A stretch of DNA of 64,000 nt, from assembly GCF_009914755.1 (NCBI RefSeq), contig NC_060937.1; one strand, 5' to 3'. The notes beneath the pieces were generated by a model that saw nothing but the letters and a program-made list of their open reading frames with translations, was not told where the DNA came from and ran no database searches. The first letter of the stretch is position 1. The number at the start of each line of letters is the position of its first letter. This DNA comes from the human T2T-CHM13v2.0 reference genome, Homo sapiens. This document shows, piece by piece, positions 1-14,695 of the stretch. The position numbers and the translations under genes were made by a program.

Positions 1-32
1 TGTGCGTGTGTGTGTGTATGCATGTGTGTATG
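1..32. repeat. Imperfect (TG)n microsatellite
   Basis: tgtgcgtgtgtgtgtgtatgcatgtgtgtatg, cut by the window edge. Confidence 0.7.
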
Positions 33-1374
33 TAAAATCTTACTTTACATCCATATATCCAGCCATATGAGTGATTTTTTTAGTGACTGTTGATTTTATT
101 TTTTTCTTGACCTCATAGTCGAATTAATATCTTTGAAAACAGTTAGCCTATTTCTTATTACAGTACAGTATTCCAGCTCCAGGCATACTGTCTGTCATTC
201 TCTATATGTGTATAGTTAGGTTGTCGAAGGGGTAGAAGGCTGTCTTCTAGGATGAAGTAATTCTGTAACTAACATGAAATATGCCTGTCAAAGTTCCATC
301 ATTACCAAGATGACCAGCAATGCCGCTCTTCCACCAACCGTCCTATTGGCCTGAAACCTGATTCTATGAAGCTGTCATCTCACTAACAATATACTATTCT
401 TCACAATATAATGTTTCTTTCCTTAACAAATGCATTGTATTTTTCCTCTTTACGCTCTATCCTGCATTTTAAACCAATATTCAAATTAAGTATACTTGCA
501 TTTACTTCAAAATTTTATCATTCAAAATCCTCACTTTCATCCCCCATAGTCCAACTATTGATAATTTTTTTTTTCAATTTAAAGGCTAAGTCTATATAAT
601 TATGAGAATTTTTTAAGAAATTTAAGAGTTTTAAATAGGTATTTTCAAAAGCTGTTTTATAGAAGATTGCTGGAGGTACTTGTGGTGTCAATTTAGAATA
701 TCATATATTCACTGCTTTTCATAGATAACCTGTCATTGATCATGCAAGCACTCCCTCATCCTGACATTTTCTCCAAAGTCAAGCAACACTCATGGGTATA
801 TCATTTTTGGTTTCCCTTTCTGCTTCCTCTCCTATGGCACACCTGAGTGCTGGTGTGTCTTATCAGACTGGTGAGTTTGGAAAAAGAACTGAGCACCTTC
901 ACTCAGCCCCTCCTCTCCTCGTGAGACCAGCCTGCCTGCAGAGAGAGAGCACTCTCTCTGTCATGTTAGACTTAAGAGTAACAGTGCTGTTCTCATAGGA
1001 GACCCCTGTGGTTCTGCAGAACTTTCAGAAACTGTGTAGGTGAGTCTGTGAGATCCTGAAATTCAGGGATAGAAGCCTATTGTTACCACACACCCAAGGC
1101 AATCTTATAACTTAAGCTTGACACAGTGAAGACGCTGTCTGTATCTGCACCTCCTTGATCCTCTCCTATGCATTTGCTAAGGAGCTGAAGCAGGGAGGGG
1201 GGGTGTTCTTTAGGGAGCCTCTTCAAACACCACAGTGTGAGACCACATTGCACTTCAGTGATGATTGTGTCCCACTGTGGATTATAAGTGACAGCGTGGT
1301 CCAGACTACAATTCTGAAGGATTCCTGTGAACATTTATTAAATCCCCCCTTTCTCTCCTCAAATATGGGACTTT

Positions 1375-1600
1375 AAATTTATTTCCAGCTAATTTCATCT
1401 GATAGAATTAAATGCATTTCTTCATTTTCAAGATCTTTGTGGATCTTGAACTACTAATGTGCATGCCATTCCTCTCAGCTTAGTTTCATCTTGAAATCTG
1501 ATGACAATGTCTTTGTCATGGCTATCCCTGTGAATGAAGACTAGGACAAGCCTGAGATGGTGCCTGGTGGCACTTCACTGGAAATGTTTTCCACATTCAA
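1375..1600. mobile_element. Possible highly diverged L3/CR1 LINE fragment
   Basis: Weak resemblance to recalled CR1/L3 motifs (ctcagcttagtttcatct...ggcacttcactggaaa); boundaries approximate. Confidence 0.3.
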
Positions 1601-1649
1601 ATTCAATCTATTCATCAATTCTCTCTTGTAGGGTCCTCCAAATTTTTAA

Positions 1650-1885
1650 ATTTGTTTTATAATGAAGCATAATTTATGTGTTGTGAAATTCACAGATCTT
1701 AAATGAACATTTTAATGAGTCTTAACAAATGTGCACATTCTTGTAACCCACACCCCAATCAAAATATGGAACAATTCATTCACTCCAGAAATTTCTCTTA
1801 TGCTCATTTACCAAACACTTCCCCATAGTGGGAGCTACCACTGATCTCATTTTTATCACCATAGATTCGTTTTGCCTATTCTTTT
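1650..1885 (-). mobile_element. Old L1M (L1MC/ME-type) 3' end fragment
   Basis: Typical antisense L1M 3' UTR motifs: aaattcacagatcttaa, accccaatcaaaatatggaac, accactgatctc...atagattcgttttgcctattctt. Confidence 0.65.
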
Positions 1886-1963
1886 GTGCCTGTTTCTTTT
1901 TCTTCTCACTGAGTTTTGCAGATTCTGCTGGTCCTTCTGTGTGTGTGTCGACCCAGGCTGGTT

Positions 1964-1994
<31 letters not shown>

Positions 1995-2285
1995 GTCTCA
2001 CCTCAGTTCTGCCCCAAGTGTTTACTTTTTTATGTCAGGTGTCTTACAACAAGCTGTAGACACCCTTCATTGGCTTGATAACTTACTCAAAAATCATTTT
2101 AAATACTGAGCTGTTGTACCGACTGTTATTTTAAGATAGGGTTTCTGGAACATGGACTGCAAAATACCTGCCACCTATTGATGATTGCCCTGGGAAGCAG
2201 TTTCACTTCCTATGAATGTGTATCCACCTCTCAGGCTTATCTCTGAATGTCTCTCACTCTGCTGGCTAGGGATTTTTCCTACACT

Positions 2286-2480
2286 GGGATGCCAGACTTA
2301 AGAAAACACAAACCAAAACAAACAAAAGAACAAAAACTGGACCTTCATTTAAGTTTCAAGTTCTGATGAATAACAAATAATATTTAAATATGTCTTTAAT
2401 ATTGCAAAAAAAGTATTTGTTGCTAAAAAAGTATTTGTTGTTTATTAAAATTTCAAGTTCAAGTTGGCATTCTGTACTGC
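2286..2480. mobile_element. MER53-like palindromic hAT MITE
   Basis: Decayed palindrome (tttaagtttcaagttctgatgaataacaaataa ... ttgttgtttattaaaatttcaagttcaa) around a central aatattgca; matches recalled MER53. Confidence 0.6.
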
Positions 2481-2892
2481 AGCGGGAAATCCTATGCCAC
2501 ATGTATTGTGTTCCACTAGCATTTTAACCCCTTCAACAAGAAGAGCAACTTCTCTTAGAATCACCCAAGTGAAAATAGATTTTTCCCAGCAAACCAAATC
2601 ATTAGGCCATGATAGTTCCCATGTAACACCATTAAACACTATCACCTTGCTGCAGCAGCTCATGGGTTAAAACCTTTAACTTTTTCCCAACTACTATCTT
2701 TGTATGAGTTTCGTTACATGAAAGTTATACAGAAAGTGTGTAAAAATCATCACCAAAGGTTTCCAGCTCAGCTTGCTACTCAAGGAAAACTTATTGGGGC
2801 AAGTTGTGCTGAAAGTTGTATTTGCATTTCCTTCCTAGTTCCCCTGTTACTATCGCTAATGCTTTTACTGTGGCTTCCTTCCGGCCTTGCCA

Positions 2893-3064
2893 GCCATGCT
2901 TCTCAACATTGGCTGCACAATGGAATCACCTGGCGAATTTCACAAATCTTAATATCCAGATTCTTTCCCAGATCAATTAAAGTAGAATCTCTAGAAGTGA
3001 GACTAGGGCATATATTAAGTTCCCTAGATAATTATAATATGCAACCAATGTTGAGAAACAGTGC
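2893..3064. mobile_element. MER5-family hAT-Charlie DNA transposon
   Basis: Termini cttctcaacattggctgcac...ggaatcacctgg and gcaaccaatgttgagaaacagtg are inverted repeats. Confidence 0.8.
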
Positions 3065-3235
3065 TCTATTCCAACCCAATACCCTGCATACTATACATTT
3101 ACCGTGAACGAGGGCTAGCTCTTGCTCCAACTGCCCCTCCCAATAAGCTCTTTATAGCAATTTCTTAAGCTCTTGCTTATTTGTTCCCAATCTGCTTCTT
3201 TTATGCTTTATTGCAATCTGATTCTTGACTTTATT

Positions 3236-3376
3236 CTTTATTTTAATTTATTTTTTTTTAAGAGATGAGGTCTTGCTGTGTTGCCCAGGCTAGACTCGAA
3301 TTCCTGGGCTCAAGCAGTCATCCTGCCTCAGTCTCCTGAGTAACTGGGACTACAGACTCATGCCACTGTCTCTGGC
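3236..3376 (-). mobile_element. FLAM / Alu left monomer
   Basis: Poly-T, then gagatgaggtcttgctgtgttgcccaggct...ccactgtctctggc; monomer length. Confidence 0.85.
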
Positions 3377-4134
3377 TTTCTTCTTCGTTTTTTAATTTGG
3401 TGTTTGAATGCGGTCTTTCCGGATTTGGATTCCCAGTGATCTCTTCAGGGCTTGGCTCAGTTTCACCTCTATAGCTCTTCCTCTCGGGATATCTTGGCTT
3501 GAATATTCTCCCCCAGTTAACCCATCAAAACCCCACTTCCAGGTCTGTAGCTAGGGTCATGCTGCAGCATAGCTAGCCAACCCATACCCTGTGCAAGGGG
3601 GAATGTTTGCGGTTCCATCCTACAGGTTGTGCAGTAATATCCATTCTGCTATGCATTGATGAAATATTCTTTCTGGCTAATTATAGGGAACATTTAAGTC
3701 ATATGCATCCCTCTAAGGACTCCAGTTCTTAGAATTCGTTGTTCATGGGTGCTGAAATTAAGCCATAAGATTACAAACTAAGTCATAAATTAGGTAGTGA
3801 AAGAGAGGGTTACAACTAAAAAGATATTGTCAATTACCATATGTAATCGCTCAAGTTTTCCAAATACTTGTAAACGTTCCATGTTCATAGCTGGAGAAAG
3901 ACCATATTTCATCAGTAAATAACATAGCATCCATAGGATATCGACAAGAAAAAAGAGCTCCCATTTCCCATCTTATTATCTTCCAGATAATAAGGACATA
4001 TAAACATACAGATAAACAAAGGACATATATTAATTGTCACTCATGTGGCCTTAACAGTAAATCTGGGCCTTACAGATTCTCTGTAAGAATCTTTCTGTTT
4101 CTTGTAAACAGAAAATATAAGAAAACCTAGGTAA

Positions 4135-4542
<408 letters not shown>

Positions 4543-7500
4543 TAAATAACTTTCAGGTGGATTACAAAAGAAAATGAGAGAAAGAGAGAACAAAAGAAAA
4601 TAACTAAAATTTCAGTCTGCTTCTCTTTTTAACACTTAATTTAGATAACTCATAAAACTCCTGTCTCTCTTAAATGAATTTTATCATATATAGGATTTTA
4701 AATGCATTGACTAATGCTCACATTTCTGAGAATTATTCTTGGCATTGGAACTATTTTGATATCACCTTCAAGCCAAGAGAAACACTCACCGTCATCTGTC
4801 TTCCCAGATATCATACAGAAATCACTAATGGTGCACCATGGTTTTTGTACATAAATGCTATCTTATTTTTAAAACCTATAATGTTGCATACATTGAAATT
4901 TATTTCTCTCTAATTTAAAATTTTAAAAAGTTTATCCGTCTTTGAGAAATAATAATCCATTACCCCTGTATGTCACCCTCTCTCAAATAAACTGACATAA
5001 ATTTTAAAAATCCACGGCCAGTTACTTTACACACATGTATGAAAAGAAAACAGAGTTAATACCAGCTAGAAGTATGTCCATATCCTGAAATGTCATTAGT
5101 CCAAGAAGGGAGTGATCTTTGACTATTTATTTTCACCTGTATGGCTAAGAAAATGTAATATTACATGTATGTTTAAACAGAACTTTCTCTATGGTGGAGC
5201 ACATGCATATATTTTCAAGATTTAATTCAAGGTGTTGACATCATCCTTTACACCACCCCATATAGTCTGGACTTTGGTTTCCTCAGGGATCACTTCAGCA
5301 ATAACTACCAAGATAACTTGGCTCAAGGCACTGACTCCAGTCTAAGTATTTATACTGAAAATTGAGGGTCCAGTATTTTAAACTAGGTTCCACCAGGGAC
5401 ACTCACACTTAAGACAAATTATCAGTCTCCTGATATTCTTTTCTCAAAGGGATGTGCTACTTCAAAGGAAATATAGCACTTCTCTGCTGGTTCTAATTTA
5501 GGGGAGCAGTTAATTTGCACCCTTAACTGAAGATTCATACCTTGCTACTTACTGGCCAGGTACCTTCTGGACAGAAGTACAATGTCAAGGACACATATGG
5601 AACAACAATGAACAAGCAAATAGAAGCCTATCCATCCAGCCAAGCTGACAGAATCAACTTTGGAAATAAAGAGGTATCAGGTCTTAAAGGCATAGGACTC
5701 TCATGATCATTCTTTAACCCCACAAGTGTTTCCTGGGACCAATAGGTTAGTCCCTACACTGTGAGCTGGGGACACAACTTCTCTGCCATTGTAAAGCTTA
5801 CAGTTTAGTGTCATCCTATGTCAATGTTCACTAAATAATGAGTCAAAGATGGATTTTAAAAGTCTCAAATATTTATATTCTTTGTTTAAAAGAACATGGT
5901 GTCACCTACTAAGAACCTCCCTAATATCTAAGCATTAGAAAAAAATGTCAGTATCACACAAATGTAATGAAAGAATACAGGCAGTTAAATGGTCCCTGAG
6001 AAACTGACTCTCTTATAAGAAAAATGAGCACCTACTGGTACCCATAAAATTAATCACATATTCTGTATGTGCCTAGTGAAGAAGGAGAAAATTTAACTAG
6101 TGGACTTGCTCAAGCAAATTTGGTTGGATTGATAGGGAACCCTGGCTTTACACAAATCCCAAACTACCCTTTGGTTCATTCCAAATGATATTAACAAACT
6201 CTGCCACAAGAATCTTTGGCTAAATTTTGGAAATAGGCCCACCAATCACTCCAGAGGGTTAGAGTTATGGCATATTTGTGGAGAGTGAGAATTTGAACCA
6301 TATTCTGAAACAGACCCTCAATTAGGTGAATTACATCCCATTCCTCTTAAAAGGTAGATTTGAACATGGGTGATTTGAGTGCATAAAAATTTCAAGATGC
6401 CTTGGAATGGTAAGAAGGAATTATGCACACCCATTAGATCTCCAAGAGGCTTCACACAAGCAAACATTTAGTACATAATTAAGATATTAATGCTGGTATT
6501 ATCACCAAACCAGACACATCACTTCAAACAAAAGTTATTTTCCTCGCTCTACAAAGTAAGTATTCCTCTAAAAAGTCAAAGTTCTTTTGTGTGGGGTAAC
6601 ATCTCTTAGCAGAAAAGAGGTGGCATATAGGGCGAATACATTTTTCCTGGGGTAAAAGAAGTAGGTGAACCAAACAGAAAATACTGTCTAGAACAGCAGA
6701 GCCAAAAGAACATTGAAAGCAGAAGCACTCTGAGAAGCCAGGAGACAAGAATGGGAAAGATGTGATTCTGAAGACAAATTATGCAGAGTAAGGATTGTGT
6801 GTAGGGCTGGAGAAAATATCCGTTTGTATCTTTCTTTGGGAAATTAAGGTCATCCTAATACTACATAATGTGATATGCTCAGTTGAAATTGATTTTTCCT
6901 TTCTTGAAAATTGAACTCATTATACCACACTGTCTCCTTTAGTCCTTTACTCTAGAGAGCTTGGGCCATATTACAAAACAAAAAAAGTCAAGAGCTTACC
7001 AGAGAAAAGTACTGGAATGAGACTCAAAGTGGCAAGAGGTATCTCAGCCAAGCCCTGGAGTCTTTTCCTATGGGTTCCTTCCTTCTTTTGAATTTCTCAC
7101 ATTGGGTAATTACCTCTGTTACCACCTTGCTACTCTTGCTTCTCACTTAAAATGCCCCTTTAAGTTTTTTACCTAAAATAGAACCCAAACCTCTGATAGG
7201 AATTCAAGATAGGCTGATATTTTCAAAACTATCTCTATTAAAGAGCAAGACAATAGAAAAAGGAAAAGAAAATTGTGGCAGATTTCCTGAATACTGCTTT
7301 GAATTATAAAGTAACTGTTCTTCATTTTCAAAAAGATATTACATTTATCCTAGATATAACCTGGACAGCCTTCTGGCCCTCATCCAGCCTGCCTGTTTCC
7401 ACTTGACAAGATATATCTTTTTCTCCTTCCTCAAACCACCTGCTCTCACCTCAAGCAATATTGAAATTCAGTGTTTGGCCATAGGCCACAGTGCATAAGA

Positions 7501-7767
7501 TCACATGGTGCACGGTAAAGACTGTGCCAGTGCCCCTCTATACCACTGGTTTCTACCTGAGTAATTTACTAAAAGCCATATTTAAAGAAGCCAAACATCT
7601 GGTGTTTAGTGGGGGTGTCCTAGTCCTTCCAGTCCCCTCAGATGAAACCAGGGTATCTCTGCGTTGCCCATGCTTTGCTACTGATGAAATTAGAGACCAA
7701 GTAATTTAACATCTTTTCCCAGTTTTCCTGCTATAAAATAGGCAATTAGCACAAATTGCTTGGATCC

Positions 7768-8132
7768 TGTGTTAGTCTGTTTTCACACTGCTATAAAGAA
7801 CTACCTGAGATTGAGTAATTTATAAAATAAAAAAAAAAGAAGTTTAATTGTCTCACAATTCCGCATGGCTGAGGGGAACTGAAGAAATAATCATGGTGGA
7901 AGGTGAAAAGGGAAGCAAGGTACCTCTTACATGGTGGCAGGAGGCGGCGGTGGGGGAAGTACCACACTTTTAAATCATCAGATCTCATGAGAACTCACTC
8001 ACTATCACGAGAATACCATGAGAGAAACCGCCCCCATGATCCAGTCACCTCCCATGAAATCCCTCCCTCTGCATGTGGGGATTACAATTGCAGAAGAGAT
8101 TTGGGTGGCAACCCAGAGCCAAACCAATATCA
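7768..8132 (-). mobile_element. THE1D/MSTA-type MaLR solo LTR
   Basis: TG...CA termini; motifs cagatctcatgagaactcactcactatcacgag and gagccaaacc..tatca; 5-bp TSD gatcc/gaacc (1 mismatch). Confidence 0.9.
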
Positions 8133-10369
8133 GAACCACTAAGATGATCTGAATCAATAAAAATAAACAGGTTAGCTATGTTCAATCTTTGTATTTAAAT
8201 GAGAGCTAAACCTTTAATGACTTCATAATGATAATATTAGTAATTGCTCAATAATTACCTTTTGTCCAAGAAAAAAAAAGTTGATTATAGGTGCTTTTAT
8301 AGCACCTAAAGTATCTGAAATCAATGCCACTGGTTTAACAATAGGAAAAAAGAACATAGTTTCACCTACTCCAACGGCAATTTACTTTGAAAAGCATTTT
8401 ACAGAAACACACTATTATTATTATTTTCATTACACAGAGGCTAAAAATGGCTAGAAACAAATTTGCAATCATTAGCAAAGGGAATCCCTTTTGGCAAATG
8501 ATGTCACATTTCAACACACAACAGTATATATAGTCAAATAATCATATGCCATCATGCTTCCTGTTTCATTCACTTGCCTTACAGTGAGGATATGGGAACC
8601 ACTCTGTGAATTTCCTTTCATTATTTGCTTTATATGCTGTGAACTTCCCCTCTTATTGTAGTGTGTGCAGGAGAAACAATGGTGTACATGAAAGTGTTGC
8701 ATATTCCTCTCTAGTCTCTTGTTCATAACCTTTACGCAAAACAATCCTTTTTCAGATTGAATTTCAAGAGTTGGTCTCAATCCAAAGGTAAATTATCTTG
8801 GAGAAGTAGAAGAAAATACAACCAGATGTATTTGATTTACATGATTTTTTTAAACATGCCTTGTTGATTTAAAAACAATCTAAAATATACAATACTATGG
8901 GACATTGATAACTTAGAAATGAGTGCATGTATTTTCATCAAACTGTGAGAACTGTAATTTAAGTAGTGTCATCTTGAATTCCTGGACTCCAGCAATCCTC
9001 CTGCCTCAGCCTCCCCTCGAGTTATCTATTGCTACCTCGGGATTGCTGAGGTCAGGACTCTGCAGTAGTGCTTATTTTTACATTTGCGAGCGAATACCAA
9101 AACCCTCAGCAAAGGCAAGAAAAAATTTCACCCAAATCTCGTGTTTTTAAACTTTAAGTAAAGCAAAAGGAATTATACAGTCCCTATGGAGCACTCTGTT
9201 CATTCGAATTCTATGCAAGGAAGTGAAAAAATAAAATTAAGAAGACGTAATAGAATTTTCTTCTCTAAGTAGTAAATATGTTAATATTGGTTAGATACAT
9301 ATCGATAGTAATGGTTTTCATGAATTAATTGCTAATTTTAAAAGCAAAAAAATGAAAGCACTATGAAAATTGCAAAGTTTAGTCTGTTTTCAGTCAGATA
9401 AAAGTAAGAGTACTATAGATTGAGTGACCAGACAGTGTCCAGTATTATAGTTTACACGGACCAACAGTACTACGTCCCTGCAGACAGAACGTGTTTGTAA
9501 CTGTGTTAAAGGAATACATATTCCTTCATTGTATTTAGAAAAGCAAAAATTTAAACTTTCCTAGAAACTGTGTTTTTCTGCACACTCTTTTTTATTAAAG
9601 CAAAACAAAACAAAACAAAACAGGACAGTCCCTGCTGGAAAAAAAAAATGTGCAAATGGAAAATCCATATTCTGAATTCATATTTTGATATAATGAATAT
9701 TTGAGATTAGTTGGTTCGTTTAACAGTTGGTAGCTAACCTATTCTTAAACTAAATATGTACTCTACCTTTGGTAAATGAAGCTGCTTACCTAGAAAAATT
9801 ACAAATTTTCTATTTCCTCTCTTAGTACAGTGTTTGTGGGAAAACATAATGGAATTCATGAAAGTATATGATATCAAACTCTGCTCTTTTCACTTATTCA
9901 TAACTTTTCCACAAAGAAACCCCTTTTAGATTAACCTTCTAGGCTTGGTTTCAACCAAAAACTAAATTATGCTGGAGAAACAACATTCTTTCCAAACCCA
10001 GATGCTCACTTTAGCAGGTGGCTGAAAACAAGGAAGTTCAAATCCTATTATATGTCACCAAATCAGTCTCCTGGATTTGATTTAAAACTCAGTGAATGAG
10101 AGGACAACTCTAGGGACAGTTTTCAGAAGAGAGTGAGGTCTCAGGAAACAAACAGTTCTGCTCTAAAGATGAAGTGCAGCACTGAATTGCTGAGAAGACT
10201 CATAATCTCGTTTCTGTGTAAAACCCAGAACTCCTGGGCATTAAGTGATTCTGACCAGGTGGGATAGGTTACATGGTTCTAATCCCAAACTAACAACAAG
10301 GATTTTTGTTGCTGTTTGTTTGAATTGTTTGTTGTTTGACTTTTCTCTCTCTACCTCACCATTATGGTT

Positions 10370-10630
10370 CACCTGGGACCACGGCTCCATCTCACCTTCA
10401 CTTCAGGAACACGATTGATGAAGCAGCTTCTATCAGAGACATCTCCTATCTGGGGGCAGAGGAAAGAGATGTGGTAATTCATGACATTTAAGACTTCTGC
10501 CAAATTTGAGCATCAGCCAAAGCAAGTCAAAGAGCCAAGCCTTATATTAATGGTGCAAGAAAAAGATACTTAACCATCCCCCTGATGAGTAACCATCCCA
10601 CGATGAGGTAGTATTTTTTTAATAATAATA
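10370..10630. mobile_element. Probable old MLT1 (J/K-like) LTR fragment
   Basis: ggcagaggaaagag...gacttctgcc...gccaaagcaagtca motif resemblance; boundaries approximate. Confidence 0.45.
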
Positions 10631-10814
10631 CAGTCTACCTCAGGGACATGCTGAAGTAGGCAAGGACAAGAATCTATCTAGCTATATCAGAAGGAGCAAA
10701 GAGTACCACTCTTAGACACAGACAAGTGGAACCCCGGCCCTGGTCCCTGAATTTCAGAGAGCTCTAACATGGCTTCTTTCCTGATGGGGCGAAATGTTCA
10801 GAGAGCCAGCTGAA

Positions 10815-12637
10815 AACAATACAGAAAATCAACAAGTCTCAGGGTTGGTTCAATAAAAAGGTTCTAAAAATAGAAACATTCTTCCAGAGTGGTCAAGAAA
10901 AAAGAGAGAAAACTCAAATAACAACATCAGCAATGCAAGTGGGGAATGACTACAAATCCTATAGTCAACAAAGGATAATATAGGGATATTATGATTAACT
11001 TTATGCCAATAAATATGACAATTTAGGTGAAAAGAACAGATATCCCAAATGACCGAAATTACCACAACTGATGAAAGAAGAGACAGAAAATCTAAATAAA
11101 TGGAGAAATGCACCCTGTTCATCAGTCGAAGACTCAGCATCAATAAATGTCAACTGTCCCCAAATAGATCTATAAAATCAATGCAATTTCAATTGAAATA
11201 CCAAATGGATTTTTTTATTTTTAAGAAAATAAAAGGACAAGTTTATCAAAAAAATATAAGATCTACATCACTCAAAACAAAGTCTTGGCAAAGAAAAATA
11301 AAGTTGGAAGATTTAAATCAAATTGCTTTTGAGGCTTACCATAAGGTTACAGCAGTCACATGAGTATGGTATTTTTGTGTGGTTAGAGTAATAAGCCAAT
11401 GGAACAGAATAGTAAGAGAAAACAACATATATGAATACATGTTCAAATGATCTTCAATGAAGGCACCAAGGGTATTTCACAAGGAAAAAGTATTTCCCTA
11501 GAACAATTGGATGAATGTGTGTTAATAAATGGATGTGGAACTCCTTCCTAACATCAATGCAAAAAATGATTGAAATAAATAATTGGTTTAAATGTAAAAG
11601 CTGAAACTATAAATCTTGAAAAAGAAAACATAGTAAAATATATTTGTAACTTTGGGGTAGGTAATATTTTCTTGGAGAAGACCCAAAAATTGTTAAACAT
11701 AACCAAAAAAAATGATGCATTAGACTTCATCAAAATAAAGAAAACACTTGTGTTTGTCAGTAGAAGACATTAAGAAAATGTAAGGGTATGCCACAGAGAG
11801 GCAGAAAATATGTATAATTTAATACATATATACACATATTTGACAAAGGATTTGCAACGAAAATATATAAAGAACTCCTACAAGTCAATAACAAAAAGAC
11901 AAACGATGCAATTTAAAAATCGGAAAGACTTGAAAAGGTACTTCAAGAAAAAAGATGTATTTCCAGAAAGTATATGAAAGCACTCCACATTATTGGTCAT
12001 CAGATAAATTCACATAACGTCTACAATGAGATATTCTTTCTCATCTACTAGAATGAGTAAAATTAAGCAGAAAAATGTGAACACAGTAAAAGCTGTGAGA
12101 ATGTGAAGCAAATGGGACTCCCATGCATTTCTCTGTGGAAATATAAAATAGTACAACGATTTCAGGAGAACGTTTGCAGTTTCTTAGAAAACTAAAGACA
12201 CACCTACACTCTGATTAAGTAATCTTCTTTATATTTATCCAAAAGAAATAAAAATATGGGTACACAAAAGATATGTACAGGTAGGTTTCTATCAACTATC
12301 CTCACAATTGCAAAACCTGAAAACTAAAGCCAAGATGGATGAATCTTAAAAATTTTAGTTGGAATGAAAACGAAAGCCAGACACGAAAGAGCTCATACTG
12401 TGTGAGTCTGTTTATTTCAAGTACATAAACAGGCAAACTAAAATACGGTAGTATAAATCAGAATGATGGTTGCCTGTGAGGGAGGGTTGCATATGTCCCA
12501 GAAACGGACACAACGGAATTTCAGGGTGCATGATGCATCTTGATCCAGGTGGTGGTTACTCAAGTGTGTATTTTATCAAAATCCATTGAATTGTGTACCT
12601 TAAACCTATAGATGTTATTGTATAAATGTTTACCTCA

Positions 12638-12638
<1 letters not shown>
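10815..12638 (+). mobile_element. Old L1M element: internally deleted ORF2 remnant plus 3' UTR
   Basis: A-rich degenerate ORF2 (ORF 11100 translation LSINKCQLSPNRSIKSMQ resembles shifted L1 ORF2); 3' UTR ends ...tataaatgtttacctcaa. Confidence 0.85.

Positions 12639-12665
<27 letters not shown>
12638..12665. repeat. (CA)n microsatellite
   Basis: About 14 CA units at the L1M tail. Confidence 0.95.
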
Positions 12666-12666
<1 letters not shown>

Positions 12667-12668
<2 letters not shown>

Positions 12669-14307
12669 CTCAAGACACATGAAACATTCTCCAGGATAGA
12701 ACCTATGCTAGGTCATATCAAATCTTCAATTCATCTAAAAGCATTGAAATCATACAAAGTATGTTCTCTAACCACAATGGAATAAACTTAGAAATTAACA
12801 GCAAGAAGAAATTTGAAAAATTCACAAAAATGTAGAAATTAAACATCACTCTCTTACATAAGTGTTAAGTCAGAGAAGAAATCACAGGGAAATTAGAAAA
12901 TACTTCGAGGTAAATGAAAATAAAAACACAACATGCCAAATGTGTTTGATATAATTGAAGTATTGAGAGGAAGCTCTAAACCTCTAAGCATCCATAATAA
13001 GAAAGAACAAAGACATCAAATAAATAATGAAACACTGAAAGAAGAACATGCTTAACCTAAATCAGAATTTCTGCCCCTCCACTCTTATTCAATATGGTAC
13101 TAGAGGTCCTAGCCTGGAAAATTAGGCAAGAAAATTAAATAAAAGCATCCACACTGAAAATGTAGAGGTAAAACAATCTTCATTTGCAGATGACATTATC
13201 TTGTATACAGATAACTTAAAAGAATTCATTAAAAATACTATTAGAATGAATATACAACTTTAGCAAAACTGCAGGATTAAATGGTCAATATGCAACAATC
13301 ATTGTATTTCTATATTTTAGCAATAAACCATCTGAAAAGGAAATTAATAAAACAATTTCATTTATAGTAGCATCCAGAAAAAAAAATGCTTAGGGAAAAA
13401 GATAACAAAAGAAGTGCAGAGTTAATACTGTGAACATTACAAAATATTGTTAAAAGAAATTAAAGAAGACCCAAATGAATGCAAATTGTCTATGTTCCTG
13501 GACAGGAAGACTTAATATTATTACAGTAGCAATACTCTCCAGGTGACCTATAGATTCTACACGATCTTTATAAAAATCCCAGCTGTCATTTTCAGAGAAG
13601 TTGACAAACTGATCCTACAATTAATATGCAAATTCAAGGTCCCCAGAATAGTCAATAATACGGAATAAGACTACAGTAATTGAGACAGAGTGGCACTGGC
13701 ATAAGATAGACATATCAATACATAAATGGAATAGAATTCAGAGTTCACAATAAACCCTTAAATACACTAATGGTCAATTGCTTTTTGACAAGGGTGACAA
13801 AATAATTCCATGAGAAAAGACTATTCTTTTCAACAAATTGTGTGGGACAACAGAATATTCTCATACAAAAAGAGAAAGCAAATAATGAATTTTTGACTCC
13901 TTTCTCAGAGACTACACACAAATCAATCACGAACAAAAGTATAAGAGCTAAAATCATAAAATGGTTAAAAAACAAATACGAGTAAATCATTATGTTCATT
14001 GGTTGAACGTCTTCTTAAACATGATGGCAAAGCACAAGCAGCAACAACAAAAAAGAGCTCAATTGACTTCACCAAAATTAGAACTTTTTTGATTGAAAGA
14101 ATTCCATCCAGAAAGTGAAAGGATACAAAGAAATGGAGACCTTCACACATTGCTTGTTGCAATGTAAAATGATGCATCTTCTTCAGAGAACAGTCTAGCG
14201 TTGTTCAAAAATGTTGAATATAAAGTTGGAACCAGTAATATACTCTAAGTATATACATAAAAGTAGTGAAAACCTATATCCCCACAAAAACATGTACATG
14301 AATTTTC
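12667..14307 (+). mobile_element. Second old L1M (L1MB-like) element, 5' part; interrupted by the L1PA insertion
   Basis: Degenerate ORF2 including tttgcagatgac (FADD) near 13185; the sequence resumes seamlessly at 20791. Confidence 0.85.
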
Positions 14308-14695
14308 TTTTTTTTCTGATTAGTCAAATAGTGTTTATTTCTTGAAATATGTTCTTCCCATTTAGAGTAGCACTTGAGTGTGAATTTGTGTGATTTCTGT
14401 TTGTTTTCTTCTTAAATGGAAACTCCAAGAGCTTCCAACATGTTTCCCAGTCCTTCTTTTGGAAAGAGAACGTTAGAAGGTTCCAGGATGGATGGCTCAG
14501 AGATAATGCTTCCACTTACATTTTGAAGTGACGAGGATAAGGGGGTGGCAGGTAATTTTAAGATTCCAATTCTGATCATATGAACCATAATGATAGCAAA
14601 TCTTGCATGGTCCTACAAATGTCTCTACAGTGAAGCCTTTGCAAAGCACATCTTGTTTATGACAGATTATTTGGTTTCCCAACCAAGCAATATTC
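14308..14695 (-). mobile_element. L1 3' transduction: unique sequence with its own AATAAA and poly(A)
   Basis: Lies inside the TSD catgaattttc (14297-14307 and 20780-20790); T8 at 14308-14315; tttatt at 14334-14339; not L1 sequence. Confidence 0.9.

Noticed and set aside
2700-3107. 135-aa ORF
   Set aside because: Non-ATG start, runs through a MER5 element, and shows no recognisable protein features
10571-10607. About 19-bp imperfect tandem repeat (taaccatccc...gatgag)
   Set aside because: Ordinary small slippage duplication
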